A stretch of DNA of 52,491 bases, the filler included, from Catajapyx aquilonaris (lineage: Eukaryota): assembly GCA_000934665.2 (NCBI GenBank). It is 3 parts of 3 records of this genome, joined end to end, with 100 filler letters (N's around TTAATTAATTAA, not from the genome) between each part and the next. Parts side by side here need not be neighbours in the genome. Positions count along the whole stretch, not along the records: positions 17,688 to 35,052 come from JYFJ02006972.1; positions 35,153 to 52,491 come from JYFJ02006973.1; 1 more part is not named here. One strand, written 5' to 3'. The notes below the pieces were generated by a model that was not told where the DNA came from, did not search any database, and saw nothing but the letters and a program-made list of their open reading frames with translations. The position numbers were made by a program, and so were the translations under genes. This document shows positions 23,701 to 36,482 of this stretch, in pieces (within the stretch, counting starts at the first letter, position 1; each line of letters begins with the position of its first letter).

Positions 23701-25622
23701 ATGAACTTCACGTTTTCACGTGGCAATCAACAAGAAATTGTCAACTGATAAATCAAATTGGAGCACTAAGAGGTGCAATTACTCTTAATTGCCAGGTTGG
23801 CACTGAAGAGGACACCCTTCCAGTTGGCCTACTACCCACCTCCACCGTGACGCACGAAGCACGAGCCTGGATCCATGCGGCCAAGACCAAGAACGTGCCG
23901 AGGAGGATGGTGACAGCCACCACTGTCACGGCTATTATTTTGGCTACCTGGACCGCAGGCGACTTGTCAGGCCTGCGGTATGCCTGCGGAAGAAACGGGG
24001 ACAGAGGGAAGCGTGGTCAAGGACTGACTGGCCAGCTTCCTGTACCATACCAGGTACGGAAATACTGCAACATAATAGGTGCGGTTGGGTGTCATCACGA
24101 GTGCCCTCACCGGGACTCGAACCCGGGACCTCCAGCTTGTACAGCTGTTGCTCTTCCAACTGAGCTATGCGAGCACTTGACATATGAGGAAGGGCAGGCA
24201 AGGAATTATTTTGCAGCATATCCATACTGGCTGGCGAACAACAACAACAAAACAACAACAATGGGAGGGCACATTTTGTCGTATAAACTATTAACACGGA
24301 GATAATAAATATTACAGCTGTGTCATCCAATTATTACGGCAAAGTGCCTGTCAAGGTAAACGGCTCGAAGTGGGTCAAAGATCAAATTGCAGCGGTAGGT
24401 CACACACCTTTCAACAGCCGTGCCGCAAGTGCTCTCGGTTTTAGGTCACGTCACAATGCACATGACCATATTATTGCGCAAAGAGGTTTCGGCTCTATTG
24501 GTCCCCATTTCATTAGAGCATAATGACCAGTAATGTTTGCGTGGGACTAACGGTCCTGTGAACTACGGAAAGGAAAAGGACAAGGATGGGAACTTTCAGG
24601 AGCAGGAACAAAAAAGAAGGGAGACTGGGAAGACCCTTGTAGGCTATTCAGTCATAGAAATGAGACAATAGCCCTTGGAATATATCGAAACAGGCACGAG
24701 GTCACAGTGATTGATGCTGTATCTCACCATATTGTAAATCATCAAACCGTGTCGAGTTCTTTTCCTACCTATATGTAATGTCGAAATTATTTTTTTTTTT
24801 GTTCGTCTAAATTCTCTTGACAGTATTTAGTCCACATGACATGTGGAAAGGTGTATGCAATGAAGCGTTTTATTAGCCAGGTAATGGTGCCATCTCTCCT
24901 TCACCCGGGAAGAGATAGAGGAGCAGAAGAGAAAGGAGGTGGAAAAGGAGGTCATCAACAAGGGACCCCCTTTCACCACACCGCCTACTCTTTCAACTTC
25001 CGGAATCCCCCACCCCCACCACCCCCTTCTATTCCATACACCACACACCCCTCTCTCTGAACAATACTTCCTCTGCTTTCTTTCCATTTGCATTTAGATG
25101 AAACCTAACTAAAGAATCGAGAGAGACTCTCCCTCTTCACGGGGTAAAATGCACAAAAGGTGTAAACAATCTTACGGCCTACTTTTGTCACAAAGTTTCT
25201 TATAGGATATGCACATACTTAAACGCAAGTTCAAGTGTGAATCTGAAATGCGTGACCTAATAAAAGTATATCCGGAGGCTGCGTCTGTGTCCGGTCAGGT
25301 TGGAAATGGCCACAACATGTTTACAACCGCACTCACGCGACAGTATAACAAATACGTTGTGTAACTGGCCTGAACAACAATCACTTTTTGAAAATGTCGA
25401 GCACTGACCTCCCCGGTTTTGCGACATCTGTCAAAAAAAAAGCACTGACACGACTTACCAAGTTGATTTCACATAAGACAACAATATTGCCAATACAACA
25501 CTGGTCCCCATCGTTTTGTCACTTACTGGAGGAGCCTCCTGGACACTGTTGGCGTAACTTCCCACACTTGGAGGATACTCCTTCATGTCCACTGTCGAAA
25601 TCGAATCAGCTTGCTTTTCCAT
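20655..25622 (-). CDS. Uncharacterised arthropod type II membrane protein, 385 aa, 6 exons, C-terminal RVKR-CSCDCSC
   Basis: Exons 25622-25527, 23983-23840, 23543-23325, 21472-21282, 21225-20804, 20740-20655; all introns GT-AG, phases 0,0,0,2,1, giving one open frame from ATG to TAG. Confidence 0.9.
20804..21225 (-). CDS. Type II membrane protein exon 5 (His/Pro-rich)
   Basis: acttgcag| KAMDMTPAEVLMPPPPAPHQ...PDFHPH |gtaagg. Confidence 0.88.
21282..21472 (-). CDS. Type II membrane protein exon 4 (two-Cys domain)
   Basis: gtttcag| HLMENNARARMNCLVEKKKAEE...EKMAIVCESGPDQ |gtaagc. Confidence 0.9.
21824..22112. mobile_element. Degenerate Tc1-like MITE in intron 3
   Basis: Starts tacagggttca; internal inverted pair atcctggcaggtatgcgtcc / ggacgcatatctgccaggat; right boundary uncertain. 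Confidence 0.4.
23325..23543 (-). CDS. Type II membrane protein exon 3
   Basis: cttttcag| LDEPMPMG...RLPLQLTFDDLAG |gtatgt. Confidence 0.88.
23840..23983 (-). CDS. Type II membrane protein exon 2 (transmembrane helix)
   Basis: ttccgcag| AYRRPDKSPAVQVAKIIAVTVVAVTILLGTFLVLAAWIQARASCVTVE |gtgggt. Confidence 0.88.
24102..24174 (-). pseudogene. tRNA-like 73-mer (nominal Val-TAC); tRNA pseudogene or SINE head
   Basis: Cloverleaf GCTCGCA-TA-GCTC-AGTTGGAA-GAGC-A-ACAGC-TGTACAA-GCTGG-AGGTC-CCGGG-TTCGAGT-CCCGG-TGAGGGC-A; G at position 33, two stem mismatches, no T-run terminator. Confidence 0.65.
25527..25622 (-). CDS. Type II membrane protein exon 1 (coding part)
   Basis: MEKQADSISTVDMKEYPPSVGSYANSVQEAPP |gtaagt. 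Confidence 0.88.
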
Positions 25623-25674
25623 CGTTGTATGTAGTGTATGTCGGGAGATAAACACTGTAGCAGCCCTTGATCTG

Positions 25675-25712
25675 GACTGAGCTCCGCTCTTCACCGTTAC
25701 ACGGTTTAAAGA
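25675..25712 (-). promoter_or_regulatory. Candidate core promoter: TATA-like + arthropod initiator
   Basis: TTTAAA about 32 nt upstream of the A of TCAGTC (25678), which lies 56 nt before the ATG. Confidence 0.55.
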
Positions 25713-26167
25713 GGAATATGGCTACGACTTTCCCAAGGCTGGTAGGTTGTTGGAAGAGGGGAGGGAAGGGGAGACAGGGGAGTAGGAGGCGTGTGATGAG
25801 GGAGGTTATTTCCCCATTGGCAAAGGTGCAAGAGAAGGCTTAGATGAGCCACTCACAGTTGACCCAATCTGCATTTTTTTTTTTTTTCAGGGCCAACTTT
25901 TGTGATGTTACGAGATAGGCGCATCATGGGGGTCGGGTGAATTAGTGCGCGTGCGGACTTGGCTTCAATATGCGCTCATGCACAAGCCCCCCTAGAACAG
26001 GTGAATAAGGAGGTCTTGCTACGGCTCAACCAGGTTGGAACCCACTTCACACAATAATTCTTCACTCCCCCCCTTCCCCTATTTCTTTTTCTGTATCATT
26101 CTTTTTCATGGACTGGTCAAATTAGTCTATGTGGGTTACCATATCATTCATCCTCAAAGTGTGCCGA

Positions 26168-26282
<115 letters not shown>

Positions 26283-29200
26283 GACACCTCTAAGGTATAC
26301 GTTTTCATCCAAAAGTACTGGCATTATGGGCATCTATTATGGTCATAAGTCATGCCCGTGACAGCGTTAACTCATGCCTGTCTGTTGTGTAGGGCATGTG
26401 GCATATTTTACAACAGAGTTAATAATTCCCGTGGGCACGCATGACGGGGAAGCAAATTGATGTACTGTACCTAGCATGACTACGACTGGCTGCTTACTAA
26501 ACCAAAATACAGTAATTAATTTGAGAATGTTCTTTCAAGGGCCGTGGGAACTCGCATAAACGGGGTCCTTGCATTATCCTATAGGCGGAGTACTTTAGGA
26601 GGATTCCGTAACCATCCTTCACTCATGTAGTCATGTTTGCAAAAGAAATGTCTATATCTGTAGTCCAATCCAGTGAGGGAAAAGCCCTTTCTTAATTTGT
26701 GCCTTTTATTCTTACTCGCCGGAGTGATTGCCTGTTGAGCATTTTCTCATTGTTAGTGTTTTAGGCGCTTTGAATATCCACAGCAAGGATAGTTGACTGA
26801 CCTACAGCTTATGGTAACCAAGGGCAACTGTTATGTCCGAACACTATGCACTCAGAGCATTCTAAATGCCACAATATTATGTCGGTAAAGTAAGAAAATG
26901 CAGATGTAGGTATAAAATGTCGACATTTATTAGACCTGTAAAGATGAAGATAACATTAAAATGTTGTGCCGCTACCAGCAAAAAAGAAGTGCAAGAGTAG
27001 TTTCGTACAGTAGACCTACAATAACTTGAGTCACTTCGGCATGGCCTAATTCCATAGTACTGTCCTATAGTCATTAAAAACGGATGAAAGAACTATAATC
27101 GACCATAATTTTTTGAGAAATACAATATATTCTTGAAATTAACAACTGTTGATTATTGCTTACTACAAATCTCTGATTTATGATAGTATGATAAATTGAT
27201 AGCGTCAGTCATTACGTATAGTGTGCAAAATATTTTATTAGACCGCTTATTAACCCAGCTACCTGCCTGTGGGCAGGCGCCTAGCAAGACATGATTTTTA
27301 TCTAAGCTTCCACCCTGACCATACCAACACCGGGCGTGGCAGGAGGAAGTCACGCAATAATTATCAAGTAGCAAGCACAGAAGGCCATTGAAAAAAATAG
27401 AATTGAGAACTGGGTGCGTTCTGTAATCTTCTAACGACCCGGACTATGATCATTTCAGAGAAATAACGGAATTGGGTTAATATTCTGTAATAAATGCCCA
27501 ATTCTGGTCAATTGTGCTCAATAGCTATGGTCCACCAATTTACAGAGGATTGTCTTATCTCCCCGGTGATTTGTAGTAAATAAGTTACTGTATATCGAAC
27601 AAAAAAAAATATATGATGAGTGAAATAGAAGGTGCACTTTCTCGATTCATCGTGCAAAACCTATAGTCGGCCTGATAGTATTTAGGACATGCAATGTATA
27701 GTCGTCAAGTAATGTCTTCTGAGAAAATCAGTTCTGCACTTGATAGTGTTAAACTATTTGGCGCAAGGTTACAATCGTGACACCACAAAAATACAATGAC
27801 ATTCAAATGCATCGAGTTTGATATTCAAAAAGTGCAACCTACAAACCAGTGACTGGAACTTGCATTATAGAAAGCTGGCAAAAATTCGAGAAATAAGAAA
27901 CCGTGTCTCTCTTATACAACAGTGGTTATCGACTCTCCAAGTTGGAAATCACTTGCTTTCCCTCATTATACGATTTGTGGTTATCAGCAAGCTTTTTTTC
28001 CCCCCCACCCTTCTTTCACCGCAATACACAGTATGGGAGTAAAATCAGCCACGGTTACAAAACGAGTCTACACACTTATTCAAATGTGTACGTGTCAACA
28101 AAAGTGTAAAAAAAAAAGGTCCAACAGGACATGTTCCGCTGTGTACGCAAAACCTGGCCGCAGAGCGAAAAACTTTCTTTTTTTGGCGTTTTAAATGACA
28201 TGCTCTGTATACCTCGCTTCCTATTAGAGTAACAAATATTATTGTTTTTCTGAAGGAAGAGACAAGGGAGAGCTCATCCTGAGTTACCCAACCGGCAATA
28301 CACACTTTGCAGATTAATGCGCATTTTATAAGCTACAGTATTATTTTGCTCAAAAATTATTGAAAAGTGAAACGATCTGGTGCACTGACCAAAGTCTCAG
28401 TTCAAAAGGGAGCTGTTGAGTTTCTTACCACAGAAACCAGTTTAAGTGGCAGAAACCGGTTGAAGACAATATTCATGGCCATATTTACTTGATTGTTGCT
28501 ATTATTTTAAACTGGTAGCTGGAGAGAACAGCCTTTATTACTTTTCATATTTGAAGCACTTTGTACAGTAGCAAGACGAATTTCGTTTCGTACACAATCA
28601 TGTTCCGCTCTAGTGAATACAGTTTCAGAATTAAATTACTGCCATATAGATTGTGTAATCTCTGTACGAAATAATATTGAAGATCGTTCCTAAATCTTGA
28701 TAAGTCCATCATTACCTGAATAAAATAAGTGCCATGATTATATGGGTAGAAGAAGTTACACAGTATGGCCTCTTCCTACACGCGTACTACAGTTATTGTC
28801 ATATGTGCAGTACACAACTAATGGGATCATTTCAGTGAAATTTAATTACTTAATGCGACTTTTAAAAGGCTAGATACAACTGCTTGCATGTCGAGGCTTA
28901 TCGAGGTTTGTAAAAAAAACCCTCTTCAGTTGGGTTGACTGAACTGAACAACAAAAAGATGAAGTCGATTTTGCACTGAAACCAAATGCAAAATTGTCTC
29001 CATTTTTTAGTGATACATGTAACTTGTATGTTTAAGAATTAAATCAGGATATTTTGATTGCTTTAAATGAATGCGTTTGAAATAGTGATGGAATATTTGC
29101 TCTACTTGCATAAATATTTTTATTATACGGGATGTGACAGGCTGTGCCATAACACGAGACGTGATAGACATGGCAATACTAAGCATCAAAACGTATCTGA

Positions 29201-29358
29201 TGATAAATGACCCCAACGTTTGACATAGAATCTGCTGTTTCCGCTTGCCTCATTTTTAGCAGCTACTTTCATCATAATTTTTTGAAAGCCTTATTACATT
29301 TATCTCAATAATATACTGGCATCAGTGAAAGGGTCCTTAGGAAGTATTAAGGCATTAC

Positions 29359-29625
29359 ACCGAAGCAGGTTGGTGTAGGGGATAAGGAGCCCGCCTGCTA
29401 ATCGGAGGTCCTGGGTTCGAATCCCGGGGCCGGCGACCCGGACCATGGTTTTCTGTGGTTTTCCATGGTCCCCTCCAGGACAATTCCGGGGTCGTTTCCG
29501 TAAAAATAGGCCACAGCCGCTTCCTTCCTTCCCTATCCCTTGTCCCATCCCATGGTGGTAATCCACCCCCCTAAGGGAGCCAAAGGCTTTAGCACGGGGT
29601 ATGATAAATAAAATAAATAAATAAA
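29359..29625 (+). mobile_element. Full-length tRNA-derived SINE
   Basis: A box TGGTGTAGGGG, B box GGTTCGAATCC, (TAAA)n tail, perfect 14-bp TSD TATTAAGGCATTAC (29345-29358 / 29626-29639). Confidence 0.92.
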
Positions 29626-32600
29626 TATTAAGGCATTACTAACCAGTGAATACGACACAGATGTAATGCATTGCTGTGTACGTTATGTACAGTAAATTAA
29701 TATGTAAGAGAATTGATTACTGAATATTAACATGCATCAGACAATGCAATTAAAATTGAGAAAACCGCCCCTTTGTAAATGAGAGTTGCCTGCACTTTTA
29801 GGTGAAATTGTGGTAACAACTCACTTTTGTGAAATGGGTGTAACTGAAATGATTCATTGAGGTCCGAGAAGAGATGTAGTTATTTTATATATGGATTCAG
29901 AATTTGGCCATATCCAGTCGCGCGCACATAGAACTAACTGCTACACTTAGTTTTAAAAATCCGTTACCTTGAAAGAAAGTTTTTATAACATATTAGATTT
30001 TTTTTTATTTTACCTGGAAGTTGTAACTAGGGGTGAACGACACCTTCGTGAAAGTCTAAGACCTTACTAGCTCTCATTTTATTATTAATTTTTTCTAAAG
30101 TTTCACTCTGTCTCTCACCGTTCTTTTCAGTACCGGTACAAGAGAGGATCTGACAAGTACTTTTTCTAGCTTAATGACGCTTATGTTGTCATCTGTGCAT
30201 TTTTTTTTTACCTCAGAAAAAAAAAGACGGTGCAATGTTCGGAGAAAGGGGCACACTCTTCTGATGTAGACGGTCCCGTCTCATATTTTCTTGTTGTTCT
30301 GGATGAAGTAAAGCGAGAGTTGCTTTACCTTTTAAAGCTTCAGGCAGTTCAGGTAGAGGTACTGTAGGTATAATTCTAGAATAATCACGATGTCTATCTC
30401 ATTTCTTGTAAACATTTCCATGAACTGCAAAGCCACGTTTCACACTTCAGACACATTAACTCTGATTTGGAAAAATAACGCACATACAAAAAAAAAGATG
30501 CAGGATACAGGATTATCTAATATCCTAACATATGGATAATGTAATTACAAAATGTAAACGGGGGTGCATGGACCGGATGGAAAGTGAGGGGAGGGTCTCT
30601 GCATCGAAACCCAAAACATGACTTGAAAGTTAACCAGAACTGACCTAAGACCTCACTGTCTTTTTTTAAAAAACCCACACTTGCTGTGCAGTATTTGGAA
30701 TATACCTACATTTTTTTGTTATGCAAACAATAATTTTCTAACATTTTCTAATGATTCGATTCCACACTCTGCCATTAAATCATGATTCATTTTTCTAATG
30801 GCTGTCAAGCGTGATGATGTATATGGGCCATTTTTAGTCCTACCTGGAGTAACGGCGTCCTGAAGTCGAAAACGTGACAGAAAATAAAGAGGGCAAAAAG
30901 GCAAGCGCTGTGAAAGTTAAGGAGGGAAGAAGCACAGTGACGACTATAACAAAAGAGATCTCCACAGGGATTCGTGATAATCCGTCGCGAGGTCAAACCC
31001 CTGACCCTCTATTTTTTACCCTCTTTACCACAGGCCCTCCTCTCTCCCTCTCTCCCTATAAGTCCAAAAGGCAGGGCAGTTTCTCAGAGGGATTTTTCAG
31101 AACCTACTTTACTATGATGGGCTGCCCTCGTGACTTTTATATCTCCGGTTGGTAAATTACTTAGAGACTAAAGGAACATTCACTGGGCCATTGTCAGGTC
31201 ATTTCCGTTTTTTTAAGGGGGGTGGGGGTAGGGATGAAGGTGGAAAAAATGTTAGGCAATTTTATTATATCTGTTTTTGTTCTGTAATTATAATTTGTAA
31301 TATTATGACATGTTCAAATTACTGCAATACGTAGGCTAATTAATATTTTCATTTTTTGGTCTCACATTTTTGTATCGCATTTATTGTGATAGTTTCATTC
31401 ATTACTGGAATCTAATGCAGGCAATAAATTATTCTTTTCCTAGAAGAATATCACTTCTGAAAAGCGAAACTCTCAACGTTATTCATGTGGAAGAGACATG
31501 CTCTATTGCATATCTTCCATAGAGGTGTGCTTTTTTTATTGGCTGCAGTGCGTGATTTCCGGTTTTCCCCATCAAGATCTTTTTACTCGATCAATACTGT
31601 GACACTTACCCCAACGTGTTATGAGTACTACTGAGAAATGTGCACATCTGATTTGGTGTGTAAGATGATTAGGTAGTATGGGTTAAGAAAGCCCTGTAAT
31701 TTTGGTGTGTAGCAGCAATCTTTCGTATTAATAATATATTAATGTTTGTTGTTCATTTCCCAAGAAACTTTTTAGGTAATATAACATTTGAAAATATGTA
31801 ATGATTAGTCAGATCTGGGGCCATTTAAAAATCCTACCAAGTGACATGAGGAACCTGTATAGGACGCAAATTCTGCCAGCTGTGCTAATGTTTTTGATGC
31901 AAAATATGAAATATTGCTAATTAGAAAAAGTGAAAGTTATACAATAGCAACGATGAATTGAGATGTATCGGGGTCGAAATATTGCGAATTTTCCGTTTCT
32001 TTTATGTTTCAAACGGCCACAGGAAGTGATAGGAACAAACAGGACTTTTCATTTTCAATTTGTAGCAATGGTAGATTGTACCAAAGTAATATAGTTGGAT
32101 GGTGTTATTTAATATAACTGCGGATATCTCAAGGGACTCTCGCTGAATTTGAAGGGATATACTGTGAAGCAGGATTGCGCAATCGCAGATTTCATTAGCC
32201 TAAATATCAATTTTACTCAGCAATTAGTCAGCAATATCTAAAAATTGGATACCAATATTACCGTTGCTATAAAATCTAAAAATAAAAATTACTGAATTCT
32301 TCAATAGTTTCCCTGTGGCCATTTAATATTCATAAAAAGTGCAAATTATAACATATCAATATTCGATCCTTATGTACTGTACGTCAGTAGTTTGTCACTC
32401 ATTTGCAATTACGACAGTCACTTTTCTGATTTCCACTATTATATGAACAATTTGTATCATACCTACAAAAACTACCGTCCTGGTTTACGAAGCAAAGTAG
32501 GTGACTGACACATTCCCTCCCTTGCTTGGTATACACATTAACATCTTTTGAATCTCAATGGAGACCTAAAAATTACTTTGCATATGTCACATTTTACATC

Positions 32601-34939
32601 TTCTGGAAACTATTTTTGTAACGACCCAGTAACCCATCATGCACTATCTAGAAGCTAATGATATTTAAATTATTACCCCTGGATAGTGATATACCATGAT
32701 ATACTGTATTTTTAGGTTGATGTGATAAGTGATGTCACCAAATGCCTTTATAGCAATCACGACTATCCTTGACCGTATAACCCCCTGTGGCTCTTTCCTG
32801 CCTATTTATTACTCCTCTTTACATAACAATAATGCAGGTAACAAAGCGCCAGATATTTTTAAGACTATATAGTGATATTGAATTTATCTGTTTGAAAGAT
32901 TACTGCATGCTGTTTTGATAACTACTTACGATTACTGCATGCTATATAATTATGCTGGTGCACTGCCCTAGTCCCCAGTTCAAGAGCAAGATAAGGCGAA
33001 AAGTTATGCAAGGTGCATTCCCATCAACAAGCAACAAATCACAAGTGACTGATTGCTCCATATTTATTTTTAAACTGATTACTGGAGTAAACATTCCGGA
33101 AATTTTCCCCTACCCACCTCTTGAACTGTGTGAATTTGGGCATATTAATAATGACCTCAGAGTTCATGATCAATGTATAATGGCATAATCCCGATCTCTT
33201 TCACATAAGCATTAGTTGTTTTTATATAGCTGTTATGTCCTGCAGCTGGTAAGAGAGGGTCCAAAGGGCTAAACTGAGACTGTAAGTTACCCGTACTTAT
33301 GAGATCGAAATACAGAAATTATTGTTAAGAGGGCGACAGCGGTACTAATCAAGCGTCATCCTCTTCTAAGAATGTGTTGCACTCTAGGAAGCTTACTGAC
33401 AATGAGCATTGCTTCTTCAGTTTCGGGAATATTGTGTGTGTTACTGCCTGTTACGGGAGAATCGTCCACTGCTGCGGTTCTGTATTTACATCGCGACATA
33501 CTTGTCAAGGTAGGTCCTAGTGAATCCGAATTGTTCACAATACGTGATCGTATGTTAGTGTAGCAGAAGATTCGTGGGAGGCAACAGAAAGGGGTCACCG
33601 AAAGGGTTTCCTATTGTTCCTTTGGTGAATAATTAGGTTGTGGTGTGGAATTAATTATTGCATTGTCTGATGTAGGCCTATTATAAAAGCATATTACATC
33701 GGATATATTATACCAAATTAGATTGAAACGAGATTGTTTCTCAAGATGTGGATTGCACTTATTGTGCTGACAATTTGCGGTGGCAATAATGGCAAGGGGC
33801 AGCAGTATTTTTAATAGCGAAAGTTTTCCTCTTATATTAGGGTTATAGTCTTGGAAACCAATAGCTATTTCCCACCTCCGCAAAAAAAAATGACCCGCTA
33901 TTACATTTCACCCCTCGAGAAACACTGTCGTGCCATGGAAAGTTAGCCAAAAATCCACAGCTAGTTTGTGCAACAGCTCTTCACCGCCATGAATGGCAAA
34001 TTTCATGATCCTGTTATCACCAGCATGCCTCACTTTACATACAATACACGAAAGAAAAAGGAGCGTGACCAAATGTGTGAAGATATCAAGTGCAATTTCC
34101 CCACTCATTCCGGCATTTAGCAGGCGATATTGCAAACTCTAATTAGTCGCGCACGCACATTATACGAAGCTATTTTCGTGCGAAATTCCTTCTTATTTAC
34201 CCGTGTCAATTCACATGATCTCGTTCTACCTCCATCCGAAGTCGAACAAGTCTCCAGAGAGTAATATGATCAAGGTATAGAAGGAAACCCCTGAAATACA
34301 TACTACTGTGCACCACATTTTTTCTTCACATTTGAAGTCCCTCTGGCCACCCATTTGTTGAATGCACGAATGAGGTCACGTAGATGACTTTAGTTGTCGA
34401 AGTCTCATCTTTTCGAGGGAATTAATGTACTCTTGGTGTACCTGAAAAGTAATACCGAAAGTATCAGGTGACGCTTTCGTTTTTTACTTGCACGATTTGC
34501 CGGCAGAGATGATTTTAAAAGTGGCGCGATAAATGAACGGCTCACGACTTATGGCTGATGACGTAGATGTATTTTCACTCGAATGTACCTGGGGAAACTC
34601 GTTGGGTGGACATGTTTACAGAAACTTTTTCGGTTCACTGCCTCATTTCCAGGCGTCAGGTAAGGAATGGCGAATCATATGATAATGCAGTTATTTTGAG
34701 AACGTGTGGAGCTAAGCAGAGATGTGTAGGCTACTAGAGTCAAGGGTATGCCAGGAATTCATATTGAAGCAGACACCGGGGTTCTCTTGACATTATGGGC
34801 GGTATAGTTAACTGTATAATTTTCAGTTCGTAATTATGATCGTTATAAAGCATTATATCAAAAAGGATTATGATTACGTATAATCACATTGTAAGGACAC
34901 AGTAATGCAAAAATACCTATGGGTTTGTTATGACAAGGT

Positions 34940-35605
34940 CAGGGAGCAATATTAGAAGAGGCGCAAACATTCGATTTTTACGTCTCTCTGTTTATAGGGC
35001 GTTGCCAAGGCTGGCGGCCATCTTGAAGTGTGTGGTGCGCCAACGAGGTATANNNNNNNNNNNNNNNNNNNNNNNNNNNNNNNNNNNNNNNNNNNNTTAA
35101 TTAATTAANNNNNNNNNNNNNNNNNNNNNNNNNNNNNNNNNNNNNNNNNNNNATGTTGGGCCCCCCAATGTAGACCTCCCCTTCGCATCTATAAAGTTCA
35201 GCCTATAGTCCGGTAGGGTCGCCACTTATCGTGGCCTCGACATGTCTCATGGCGCTCTCAGGTGAGCGCCCGATGCAAAACGCCCCGTCAGGGGGTGGGT
35301 GGGAGTGACCAGACCTTACTTATATGACCGTGGGCTGCCATGGCAATACACGGCAATAACAATTTACTTACCCATTTTCCAATATCGAATTCAAATTCGC
35401 GCGTGTTATTGCCGTGTATTGCCATGGCAGCCAAAACCATCAAAGATGGCGGACCTTATTTTTGCCTGTACCCTATTTATACCTCGTTGGCATACCACAC
35501 ACGTCAAGATGGCCGCCGGCCTTGGCAACGCCCTATAAACAGAGAAACGTGAACAACAAAGGCGCCGACAGAAGTTTGCACCTCTTATGTAGTATATGCT
35601 CCCTG
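34940..35605. mobile_element. Inverted-repeat element whose arms flank the assembly gap
   Basis: 34981-35052 is the near reverse complement of 35478-35549; similarity extends to outer CAGGGAGCA / TGCTCCCTG. Confidence 0.65.
35053..35152. other. 100-nt assembly spacer with TTAATTAATTAA linker
   Basis: N44-TTAATTAATTAA-N44. Confidence 0.95.
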
Positions 35606-35900
35606 CCTCAATTGCCAGACTGAAATCGTTGTTTATTTCTCAACAATCACAGTTGACAATATTCGCAACAATAATCAGTGCCAATGGCAACAGCCACAAC
35701 AACATGTATGATGACGCAATGGGGGCCTCAAGGCGGATGTGACGTGATGAAACTCCCGAAATCTTAAAGGCGTCGTACGCAAAAACTATGCAAGTTAGCC
35801 CAAAACTACTTCCACATCCCTATATTAGTTTTGCAAGTCCTATCAGGCTACGTGGCCACTTTCCGCGAGTTTTTGAGCACCCTGTGTATATATATATATA

Positions 35901-36462
35901 CAGGGTGTTTATTGTAACTCTGCAAAGACTTTCAGAGGTAATAGAGGGGACCAAGACAAGCATTTTTGACATAGGAACCTGTGTCCGGAAACGCCATCTA
36001 GAGGGGGTTCATAGACAAGGAACGGGTGCGCTCAGACGCGTCAGGCGAGAGGCGCTAGGAGAGCGGACTGTTTTGTTCGTAGATGGCGCACAGTTGTTGC
36101 CAGGTAATGGCGTATCGCGTCGTTGTAAGTAAACAACAACACGATACGCCATAACCTGGCAACAACAGAACCGCTGTTGACTAGCCGCGAGTCTCCTAGG
36201 AGGCGGACTTTAGTTTCTAGATGGCTCTGTTGTTGCCACGTTATGACACATCGCATCGTTGGTTACTATCCGAGCGCCATCTAGCAACAAAACAGTCCGC
36301 TCGCCTAGCGCCTCTCGCCTGACGCGTCTGAGCGCACCCGTTCCTTGTCTATGAACCCCCTCTAGATGGCGTTTCCGGACACGGTTTCCTATGTCAAAAA
36401 TGTTTGTCTTGGTCCCCTCTATTACCCCTGAAAGTCTTTGCAGAGTTACAATAAACACCCTG
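35901..36462. mobile_element. Young Tc1/mariner-type MITE
   Basis: ~190-bp near-perfect TIRs starting CAGGGTGTTTATTG, inserted in a (TA)n run. Confidence 0.92.
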
Positions 36463-36482
36463 TATATAAACACACACACACA

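Noticed and set aside
23628..24330. 225-aa (+) and 128-aa (-) ORFs
   Set aside because: They overlap the antisense of exon 2 and the tRNA-like element; no independent coding signal
30905..30930. U12 branch-like TCCTTAAC-TTTCACAG on the - strand
   Set aside because: No matching U12 donor or coding exon found nearby
31810..32570. Very degenerate inverted repeat (ggccacagg / cctgtggcc and neighbours)
   Set aside because: Probably an ancient MITE, but ends and TSD cannot be defined
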